Assembly (NCBI GenBank): GCA_020184695.1
Contig: JAANOX010000033.1
Coordinates: forward strand, 62,001-126,000
Origin: Histomonas meleagridis 2922-C6/04-290x
Taxonomy: Eukaryota > Protista > Parabasalia
Length of the DNA stretch: 64,000 nt
Direction: 5' to 3'
Under the pieces are notes generated by a model. The model saw nothing but the letters and a program-made list of their open reading frames with translations. It searched no databases and had not been told where the DNA came from. Made by a program: the position numbers and the translations under genes. Shown here piece by piece: positions 56,801 through 64,000 of the stretch. The first letter of the stretch is position 1; the number at the start of each line of letters is the position of its first letter.

Positions 56801-58339
56801 AAGAATACAACAAGAAAAGATCCGTTCGCTTCTGTCAAAAACAATCGAATTGAATCATCAGTATCAAGCGATGATAATGTTAAAGCAAAGAAGACCTCTG
56901 TTAAAAGAAATCCATTTGCTTCTGTTTCAAGGAAGGAACAAATTGAATCATCAGAAAGTTCTGATGAAATAAAACCTAAAAAGAAATCAGTAAGAAAAGA
57001 TCCGTTCGCTTCTGTTCCAAATAAGAAACAAATCGAAATATCAGAATCAAGTGATGATAATGTTAAAGCAAAGAAAACTTCAATTAAAAGAGATCCATTT
57101 GCATCTGTATCAAATAAGGAAGAAATTGCACATAAGAAAGCTGCAGCTAAAAGAGATCCGTTCGCATCTGTTAAAAAGAATCAAATCGATTCATCGGAGA
57201 GCTCTGAAGATTTCACTGACAAAAACAAAAATCCATTTTCATTTGGCGCAAAGCAAAATGAATCATCCGAATCAAGTGAAGATGATATTGCAGCAAAGAA
57301 AACTTCTGTTAAAAGGGATCCATTTGCATCTGTTAAAAAGAAACAAAATGAATCATCAGAAAGCTCTGATAACATAAAGCATAAAAAGAGCGCATCGAAG
57401 GATCCATTTGCATCGGTAACAAATAAGAAGCAAAATTCATCGTCAGAAAGTGCTTCAGAAGAATTTGCAAAAGACAGATTACCAATGAATAATGCCAAAA
57501 GAGATCCGTTCACCGCCGTACCCAACAAGAAGCAGAGTTTGTCATCGGAAGGTCCAAGTAAACAGCAGACGGACAAAAGAGATCCGTTTGCGGCTGTTCC
57601 ATTGCCAAATCAAATGGAAACAAGCGAAAAGAAAACTCTTACAAAGAAAGACGCATTTGCACCGAGCAATAACCAAAATAAATCAGATTCAAATGAAGAG
57701 GAAATTGTAACCAAAAAGAATCCATTTGCATCAAGTAAAAAGCAAGAAAGAACATCTGATTCGAGCGAAGAAGAAATTGTTACTAAGAAAAACTCCGTTA
57801 AAAAGAATCCATTTGCATCAAATAAAACACGAAACAAGTCATCAGATTCAAGTGACGAAGAAATGATATCAGTTAAAAGAGATCCATTTGCATCAGCACC
57901 CAATAAGAAGCAAATTGAATCATCAGAAAGTTCAACCAAGCATCAAAACAAAGCTAAAAGAGATCCATTTGCATCAGTTCCAATTAAGAAACAGGATAAG
58001 TCATCTGATTCAAGTGAAGAAGAAATTATATCAAAGAAAAATACAATTAAAAAGAATCCATTCTCAGTAAATAAGTCATCCGATTCAAGCGAAGATGAAA
58101 TAAGCACTAAGAAAGATCCATTTGCATCAGCATCCAAAAAGAAACAAAGAGAAACTACATCTGACAAAGGAAATTCACTCGAAAAAGTCACAAGTGAAAA
58201 TCAGCGATTTCATTCGGATGCATCAAAAATCAAAAATCCATTTGGTACAACATTTGATAATTCACATCTTTCGACTAGGTTTTCTAAGCCAACGAAAGTT
58301 GTAAATTTATGTGTTGAAAGTGACTCAGAAGAAAGTTAA
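53873..58339 (+). CDS. CDC48/p97-like N domain plus one degenerate AAA domain fused to an about 1000-aa S/K/E-rich tail with DPF/NPF motifs
   Basis: LRVNLRCFLGENVQI, IEFKVTECTP, SYDDVAGL...IIEPPL, MPSGSGKT, YFDDFD, TRFDK; tail repeats R/K-DPFASV. Confidence 0.85.
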   Translation: MSEILEFVVDYSSSTTDFKALLSPESIKKAGIKNNSFIEIIHSKFSVLASVSSSTNVSPQSILLSRSLRVNLRCFLGENVQIKIVNDIPKATSIEFSPILDTIKPIKGPYSKLLEVSNISFNSFPIRQNLVIPFYCLNRIIEFKVTECTPNDGCVITSQDIIKVSDTPVERDGAPCFRSTSYDDVAGLNNIISEIRSIIEPPLIQHRLFQTNFSHGFLLCMPSGSGKTFLAQALRTETPINIILIKCSELLVSFDALTSLNGYFKEIISKRPCIGYFDDFDFVATNSIPNEDEADSKLPDALLNGIDRLREMKGVLIIATTSKSTKIRSDFIHKTRFDKVLTVGRPNEKERLSILKILTKSMNVKNGSLEKVSEITNGKTTAQLKSIIRNLINSSLTKFLTKNTKSILNVDDILSIIVDHPNDIILNEIKSKTNKNYSSDEFHDNRKRLSSNYDYNDDEESENDMFPIQRKKSKVKDDPFNNVITKRKNSEKDSSFSSFGDSSHRKDPFGLLSKKEILSSESDSDIKKKKKKFSENKNKKKRKNKNPFENESENEYNSEKRNISSKFPKRKQNKSETFKEDENENKKNTFKKDPFGFVSKRNKTESSSDEEEKTPNKKNPFASKANKNQIESSESSKEAKNKTKRRDPFASVTNRNQIDSSNSSEEEITQKKKHAKREQFSNKSKMKSSESSNEETVMKKAHAKRDPFASVKKKQFKSSESSEEVKPKKNALRKDPFASVINKNRKELSDSSEEVKPKKNALRKDPFASVKKNQIESSESSEEVKPKKNAIRRDPFASVNKNQIESSDSSEEVKPKKNAIRRDPFASVTNKSRKELSDSSEEEVKPKNLSRRDPFASVKKNQIESSDSSEEFSAKMSSSYKNPFKSATTNKTSDSGVKEIKSKRNKDDAKQKQNETLKNNSRKDPFALVIKRNQSESSDSSDEIPINKLSVKRDPFASVTNNQIESSESPDKIKPKKNTTRKDPFASVKNNRIESSVSSDDNVKAKKTSVKRNPFASVSRKEQIESSESSDEIKPKKKSVRKDPFASVPNKKQIEISESSDDNVKAKKTSIKRDPFASVSNKEEIAHKKAAAKRDPFASVKKNQIDSSESSEDFTDKNKNPFSFGAKQNESSESSEDDIAAKKTSVKRDPFASVKKKQNESSESSDNIKHKKSASKDPFASVTNKKQNSSSESASEEFAKDRLPMNNAKRDPFTAVPNKKQSLSSEGPSKQQTDKRDPFAAVPLPNQMETSEKKTLTKKDAFAPSNNQNKSDSNEEEIVTKKNPFASSKKQERTSDSSEEEIVTKKNSVKKNPFASNKTRNKSSDSSDEEMISVKRDPFASAPNKKQIESSESSTKHQNKAKRDPFASVPIKKQDKSSDSSEEEIISKKNTIKKNPFSVNKSSDSSEDEISTKKDPFASASKKKQRETTSDKGNSLEKVTSENQRFHSDASKIKNPFGTTFDNSHLSTRFSKPTKVVNLCVESDSEES
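55900..58140 (+). repeat. Degenerate coding repeats (about 60-70 nt) of the form ESSESSEEVKPKKNAxRxDPFASVxKxQI
   Basis: Recurrent AGAGATCC(A/G)TT(T/C)GC(A/T)TC core; near-identical units at about 56030-56470. Confidence 0.85.
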
Positions 58340-58445
58340 CTTACATTTAAATCTGTTTTTTTTTTTAACTAAAAATTTGTTTAATAACAATTCATGTGTC
58401 ACTTTTTGCCACATCAAATTTGATGTGATTTTAATTAATTTCTTC

Positions 58446-59579
58446 ATGGAGACGTACATTGACTTTAGTTCGTATGCATCGCAAGAAAGTTCATGGGAAG
58501 CATCGCCATCGGACATTGTTGGGATCTGTGAGAATGTAATTATTTCATCAGATGAAGTTATCAAAAAGATCGAAAAATTAACATATACAATTTATGAGCA
58601 AATTATGAATAATGATGAAGATGACGATGTTGTAATTTGTTTTAATCGAGTAAGTTCGACCAAAAATTCACAAATTGATCCAATATTAGGTGTTTTTGTT
58701 AAATATGATACTGATGATAAAAAGAGGATTTCGCTGATAAAAAATCCTAAAAAGTTTGCAATCTTTATGGAAATATTATCAATTATACATAGGTCCTTAA
58801 AACAACGTGAAGTCATTTCAAAGAGAGCAATTTTTTATCAAGATATAAACCTATTTCAAAACCAAGAAATGGTAGATATTACATTAGAAGAAATTGCTTG
58901 TTGTTTAGAAGTACCACGTGGATCACTTGGAGTCATTGCATGTCCACGAGGTGAAGTTGCAGGTCCACTTCAATGGGTAAATAATCAAGATACAATTGTT
59001 GATTGTTCGACGAAAATCGAATTAATTCCATCAATCATTGATTCTATTAGAGCCCAAAAAACAAGTGCTGTTGCAATATTAGTTGTCGAAAAAGATACAG
59101 TTTTTATGAGATTAGTTCAATCATCAATAGTCAAAGAAGTAATTTTAGTCACTGGAAGAGGTTTTCCTGATTATTCAACGAGATTATTTGTAAAGCTACT
59201 CGAAGATACATTTGATATTCCAATTGTTGGATTATTCGATGCAGATCCATATGGAATATTGATCATGCAAACTTATAGATTCGGATCAAAAAATGCGGCA
59301 CATGATGGAATTAATATGTCTGCATCGAAGTTGAAATGGTTGGGAATAAGACCAAGTGAATTTGATATGATTCCAAAGAAAAATAGAATGGAATTAAATG
59401 AAAGAGATCGAAATGTGATCAACAAAATGTTAAATGAATTTGGTTTACCTGATGAAATTAAAATAGAATTGAAAATTATGATCGAAACAAATCAAAAGGC
59501 CGAAATAGAATCAATCGGATTTGCGGAGTTAGTAGATTTATATCTGCCGCGGAAATTCGCTAATTTTGATTGGATTTAA
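58446..59579 (+). CDS. SPO11: Meiotic transesterase Spo11 (topoisomerase VI A family)
   Basis: ATG 58446; SKRAIFYQD catalytic Tyr region, LEVPRGSLGV, TOPRIM VVEKDTVF, GRGFPDYSTR, DADPYG, KAEIE. Confidence 0.95.
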   Translation: METYIDFSSYASQESSWEASPSDIVGICENVIISSDEVIKKIEKLTYTIYEQIMNNDEDDDVVICFNRVSSTKNSQIDPILGVFVKYDTDDKKRISLIKNPKKFAIFMEILSIIHRSLKQREVISKRAIFYQDINLFQNQEMVDITLEEIACCLEVPRGSLGVIACPRGEVAGPLQWVNNQDTIVDCSTKIELIPSIIDSIRAQKTSAVAILVVEKDTVFMRLVQSSIVKEVILVTGRGFPDYSTRLFVKLLEDTFDIPIVGLFDADPYGILIMQTYRFGSKNAAHDGINMSASKLKWLGIRPSEFDMIPKKNRMELNERDRNVINKMLNEFGLPDEIKIELKIMIETNQKAEIESIGFAELVDLYLPRKFANFDWI

Positions 59580-59782
59580 ATGAATTTCATCAGACCAATT
59601 AATTTAAAAGTTGTTACAGCGAACACCCAAAATTATCTTTATGAATGTTACAATATAAAAGAATACAGAAACAAATAAAATTTATTTAAATTTGCAAATG
59701 TTAAATGAAGAGGTTAAAAATGCCAAATTATAAAAACCGTTAAGTTTCACATCAAATATCAGAACAAATGTAAAGTCAAAAA

Positions 59783-60373
59783 AAAATCAAAATCCTTTTC
59801 TTGGGCGACAATTTAACAGGAAAAAGCGAAATAATAAAACGCGACAATTTAACAGGAAAAAGCGAAATAATAAAACGCGCATTCTTGAAAACATCAAACG
59901 ATACTAGTCAATCATATTTTGACTAGTCAAAATATACGCCAATATCAGATTCAAATCGAAGTAGTTGACACTTCAGGTTCGGAGGCATACAGACACTTGA
60001 TTCCTATGCATATGAGGGGCACTAATATTTTTGTTTTTTTTTTTTTATGACGTGAATTATGAAAAGTCATTTAAAGAAATCGATGAATTCTTCTTCTTCT
60101 ATATTTCTCGATAACTTTGACCATGAAGAAATGCACACGATATTTTTGGTTGCGAATTCATTTTCGGATGGAGAACAACCATTTGTAGTACCTTCTGATG
60201 AAGGAACAAAAAAAGCGCAAGAAATGAGCGCTCTTTACGTCGAATTAAATTGCAAAACAGGCAAAGGTTTGGACGACTTCTTCGAAATGATTTCGAGCTA
60301 CACTGCGAACGCGAAAAAGAACTCCAAAGTCAGAAAAATGTCAAAGAGACGCAAAGCAAAAAGAATTGTCTGA
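59783..60373 (+). pseudogene. Rab/Ras-family small GTPase pseudogene
   Basis: ILFLGDNLTGKS (G1, duplicated), TGA at 59921, frameshift, VVDTSGSEAYRHLIPMHMRG (G3), frameshift in a T-run, YDVNYEKSF, FLVAN (G4), ELNCKTGKGLDDFF (G5). Confidence 0.8.
59805..59876 (+). repeat. Perfect 36-bp tandem duplication
   Basis: GCGACAATTTAACAGGAAAAAGCGAAATAATAAAAC twice (59805 and 59841). Confidence 0.97.
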
Positions 60374-60471
60374 TACAGTAATAAAATTTCAAATCGATAA
60401 TTCACTAAGATTCTACTTAAAGTTATTTGACATTTGATCGAAATAATTTGTAAAAATTTTTTAATTAAAAT

Positions 60472-60993
60472 TTAGTTGAGTTCTGCGTTTGGCTGTTCCT
60501 CGAAACTGTTTTTGTTGTGCGCTAATGCGTATTCGATTTCGTTTTCCAGTTTTTTCACTCCGGTAACGGACGAAATTCTTTTGACCGTTTGACCTTCGTT
60601 CGCAATAATGAATTTGGTGAAGTTCCAATCGATTGCGGCGCCGAATGTTCCTTTTGCGTTTTTCTTCAGCCATTTGAATAATGCGCACGAATGACGTCCA
60701 TTCACTTTTGTGATTTCGAATATCGGAAATGTGACTTTACACTTATCGATGTATCTGTGAAGGATTTTGCTGTGATCTTTTGATTCTTGTTTCAGGAATT
60801 GGCGGCATGGAAACGCAAGTACTGTAAGCCCTCGATCTTTGTACTTTTCATATAGCTCTTGAAGTTGCCTTAATTCAATCTTTGCATTACCTTTGGAAGC
60901 AGTGTTAACAATTAAAAGGACATTGTCTCTATACATTTGGAGATTAACTTCATTGCCTTCGATGTCATTAAGCACAAAATCGAAGACGCTCAT
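60472..60993 (-). CDS. Glutathione peroxidase-family protein lacking the peroxidatic Cys/Sec
   Basis: LLIVNTASK, LQELYEKYKDRGLTVLAFPCRQF, IDWNFTKFII; canonical ASxC/U-G reads ASKGN here. Confidence 0.88.
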   Translation of the reverse strand: MSVFDFVLNDIEGNEVNLQMYRDNVLLIVNTASKGNAKIELRQLQELYEKYKDRGLTVLAFPCRQFLKQESKDHSKILHRYIDKCKVTFPIFEITKVNGRHSCALFKWLKKNAKGTFGAAIDWNFTKFIIANEGQTVKRISSVTGVKKLENEIEYALAHNKNSFEEQPNAELN

Positions 60994-61333
60994 TAAAAAA
61001 TTAATTACAACATCAAATGTTTGATGTGTTTTATATAAATAAAATATAACAAATTTTAAATATAATCACTCTAAAGAAATTACTCTAAATTAATGTAATG
61101 ATTTATACATAAATTATATTAACTTTTCTATTTTAATTTAATTATCAAGATAAATTAAATTTACTATTTTTTGCATTTTCTGGAATTATATACTAGAAGA
61201 TTGATGATAGTCTTGCTAAACATTATTGTTTTAATGCTGTTCTGATTAAACATATTTTTTTCTTTTAAGATTAATTTTTTTTTATCATTATTAACGATCA
61301 ATTTCAACTGAAAAATACTATAAAGAAAACAAA

Positions 61334-64000
61334 ATGACAGAACTCACTCCGCAAACAATCGTTAGTAATTTAATAGCCAAAGGCAATGAGCTTATTGCAC
61401 TAGCAAAACAAGCATATATTTTTCGTGCTTCAGTTGCATATTTGGCTCAACAGATTCATTCATTTTTACTAGCTTTGAAACCTTTGGCTCCAAACATGCG
61501 ATCAGATAATCAAATTCAAGCTCTTCGACAAATTCAAGATTTATTCGATTATTATGGAAGTGTTCTACCTCATTTATCTGAATCAAAATGGATTCAACCA
61601 GCTTTAAATTGGCCAGCAGTCTATGTTCATAATTATATTGCTGGGCTTAGGAAAAGTCTTATTTCATTAGCCCCAATTCTTGGACTTGATCCAGCAACAG
61701 TAATTAAATTTGATGAACAGCAAGATCAAGTTAACAGATTAGCTGATCTTAAATCCCTTAAAGAGTCTGTCCAAAATCTTATGGCACAAATGAACATACC
61801 AGATGCGGTTGGTGTTCAACAACAAATCGAAACTAAATTAGCAGAAATAAAAAAACTTCTTCCACAAGAAACAAACAACAAAAGAGGCGATAACAAAAAA
61901 CGCCCATCCTCAGAGTCAGCTCCAGTTGTACAAATTCAACGACGTGTCGAAGAACTTCTTTCACAATTTAAAGCAATTAACATTGAAGTCAATGATCTTG
62001 TTTTACATGGTCAAATTGGTGCCGGAGGCTTTGGTACTGTATACAAAGCCACTCGTTTATCCACAGCTGAAGTTGTAGCTGTTAAAGAATTACGGAGTGA
62101 TCGAATTACAGTTGGTTCATGGACTTCACTTTATGCCGAAGTAGAAACTATGGCTTCTGTTCGTCATCAGTTTGTTTTAGAGTTAGTTGGGGCGCACATA
62201 ACAGAGCCATATCGCATCATCACAAGATTTTGCTCAGGGAAGTCACTTTTCGACCGTTTACATCGTTGTTCTGATCCATCAGCTCGATTATCGCCTACAC
62301 GCTTAACTATTATAGCATATGAAGTAGCGGTAGGTATGGAACATTTACATTCAATGAATATAGTTCATAGAGATTTAAAAACGTTAAATATATTATTAGA
62401 TGAAGAAGATGACGGTTGCGTAGCTGATTTTGGACTTAGTGGGATGATGAAAGACAACCAAGAGTTATGTGGAGGTGTAGGAACTCCTCATTATACAGCA
62501 CCTGAAGTATTATCACATACAAGATATGGGCCAAAAGTAGATTCTTTCTCTTATGGCGTAGTACTCTGGGAAATGTTAATGCGGAAAGTACCTTTTGGAG
62601 ACATGTCACATATGGCGATATATGAACATGTCGTTACACGAGGTTGGAGACTTCCAGTGCCAAATGAAACACCAGAAGGACTTAAGAAGATGATTACACG
62701 TTGCTGGAGTAAGAATCCAAATGACCGACCAGACTTTTCCGAAATCGTCCAACATTTTGAATCTGGCGATGTCTTTTTCCCAGGAAGTGAAAAGATTAAT
62801 TTCCAAGAGATCAAAATGACGAAACGATGTCCACCTTTAGATTTAGACTATGCGTTACCAGTTCTTAAGAATCCATCTGATCCTCATTTTTCAAGTGTTT
62901 CATATTTCATTGTCTCCAAAGTCGATGAGAAACTTCGGAATCGATTACGTAGTGAACATATCATAGAAGAATTAAAGAACGCGAAAGTCAACATCGAAAT
63001 TGTACTTTTGTTAGCATCTATTTTATTAGACGAATCAGAATTTTCTGACTTCTTTGAGAACGGCGGGTTACATATGTTCAAAGAATGCATGAAGAAACAA
63101 AGAGCGCAAATGATTTCTGCAGCAGTTCGTTTTGGACTTAAAGTTCCTCAACAATTATTAGTTCAATTACAGCCATTTATACCCGACTTAATACAATTTC
63201 TAACATCTAATTCATGTTTAACTAATCATCATATATTACAATTCTTAACACGTTTTGATAGTTCGTTGTTAAAAGATTTTGTATATGAAATTAGTACGGC
63301 ATTAGTTGAAGTTGGAGATAAAGTTGATGACCAATCAACATTCGATGCGATTGTTGCATTGTTACCATTATGTCAAAAGACATTAAAAATAGAACAACTT
63401 CGTACATTCTATCAGTTGTTAAGTTGTAATTTCATTGTTCCTTCTGTTTTCATCCAAACATTAATAGCGGTAAATGACACCGAAAAAAGACCCGAATTAA
63501 TATTCGCGATTTTAAAGGCAACTGCAAACTCAAACGTAACAAGTGACTTCGTTGATCTGTTACAAGAATGTCCAGATGACGTTTTGGAACGTGTTTCGAA
63601 AATGCCGAATTTGTTCGATACTATACATGACTTACTTAATAAGGGCGATGTAGTAGCGCCACTATTCTTATTGTTTTGTATTGCGCCTATTCATGATGCA
63701 TCTATAGCTTTAGCTGATTCACAATTGATGCAATCATTGATACAAATGAAAACACATAAAACTCAAAGATTACAAATTTTTACAGTGCTATGTAAATTCG
63801 AAGACTTCTGTACAAAGTTAAAAGATATCGATGGGATTTTACATCTTTTAGTCTCATCATTAAGTGAAAAACAACATGTAAATAGTGCTGTAAGATTAAT
63901 TGGAGCTTTATCTTCACATCCAACGGGCTGTCAAATTTTGAATGACAACGGAGTTTTAGAATTGTTTACACAGCTTTTTTTGAGTTCATCGTGCGACGAT
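61334..64000 (+). CDS. TKL-group protein kinase with N-terminal helical domain and C-terminal ARM/HEAT-like region (3' partial)
   Basis: Absent from the track because it is open to the window end. ATG 61334; GQIGAGGFGTVY (62009), VAVKEL, HRDLKTLN, ADFG, GTPHYTAPE, GVVLWEM; no stop found through 64000. Confidence 0.93.
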   Translation, partial: MTELTPQTIVSNLIAKGNELIALAKQAYIFRASVAYLAQQIHSFLLALKPLAPNMRSDNQIQALRQIQDLFDYYGSVLPHLSESKWIQPALNWPAVYVHNYIAGLRKSLISLAPILGLDPATVIKFDEQQDQVNRLADLKSLKESVQNLMAQMNIPDAVGVQQQIETKLAEIKKLLPQETNNKRGDNKKRPSSESAPVVQIQRRVEELLSQFKAINIEVNDLVLHGQIGAGGFGTVYKATRLSTAEVVAVKELRSDRITVGSWTSLYAEVETMASVRHQFVLELVGAHITEPYRIITRFCSGKSLFDRLHRCSDPSARLSPTRLTIIAYEVAVGMEHLHSMNIVHRDLKTLNILLDEEDDGCVADFGLSGMMKDNQELCGGVGTPHYTAPEVLSHTRYGPKVDSFSYGVVLWEMLMRKVPFGDMSHMAIYEHVVTRGWRLPVPNETPEGLKKMITRCWSKNPNDRPDFSEIVQHFESGDVFFPGSEKINFQEIKMTKRCPPLDLDYALPVLKNPSDPHFSSVSYFIVSKVDEKLRNRLRSEHIIEELKNAKVNIEIVLLLASILLDESEFSDFFENGGLHMFKECMKKQRAQMISAAVRFGLKVPQQLLVQLQPFIPDLIQFLTSNSCLTNHHILQFLTRFDSSLLKDFVYEISTALVEVGDKVDDQSTFDAIVALLPLCQKTLKIEQLRTFYQLLSCNFIVPSVFIQTLIAVNDTEKRPELIFAILKATANSNVTSDFVDLLQECPDDVLERVSKMPNLFDTIHDLLNKGDVVAPLFLLFCIAPIHDASIALADSQLMQSLIQMKTHKTQRLQIFTVLCKFEDFCTKLKDIDGILHLLVSSLSEKQHVNSAVRLIGALSSHPTGCQILNDNGVLELFTQLFLSSSCDD

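Noticed and set aside
55234-58304. Many short ORFs overlapping the CDC48-like tail
   Set aside because: Alternate-frame and antisense shadows of low-complexity coding repeats.
18438-58445. TTG/GTG-start extensions in the track (18438, 21160, 35542, 45517, 49879, 53781, 58311)
   Set aside because: Eukaryotic genes; the downstream ATGs match the expected N-termini (MGC, MGKSK, signal peptide) and promoter motifs.
1-64000. Alternative genetic code (TAA/TAG or TGA reassigned) to explain in-frame stops
   Set aside because: Conserved genes (RPS23, H2B, G-alpha, SPO11) end at TAA at the expected positions and other intact genes end at TGA; spacers would still shift frame.

Overview
AT-rich eukaryotic DNA, very probably from a trichomonad (Parabasalia). 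Support: one spliceosomal intron with the GTATGT...ACTAACACATAG signature (31031-31090), trichomonad-type core promoter motifs (Inr, M2, M3, M5), BspA-like LRR relics and DUF3447/ankyrin genes. Standard genetic code; species not determinable. About 30 densely packed genes include roadblock/LC7, a SNF2 helicase, an importin-beta-like protein, an ERGIC-53-like lectin, SH3/BAR proteins, two kinases, Rad23-like, H2B, G-alpha, a RasGEF-like protein, RPS23, DDB1-like, a CDC48-like fusion and SPO11. Several enzymes look bacterial in origin, and there are multiple pseudogene relics (H2A, Hsp70, Rab-like, BspA). Main discovery: in two head-to-head DUF3447-ankyrin genes (42744-45487 minus, 46422-48789 plus), every ankyrin repeat is separated from the next by an AT-rich, frame-breaking spacer at the same position (between ..K-D and T-A-L..). 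15 of 17 spacers are exactly 80 nt despite much sequence divergence, and none has GT-AG or parabasalid intron signals, while the ankyrin blocks stay essentially intact. This suggests an undescribed non-canonical intron, excision or recoding system. All coordinates and counts were done by hand; family calls rest on motif recognition, not database searches.
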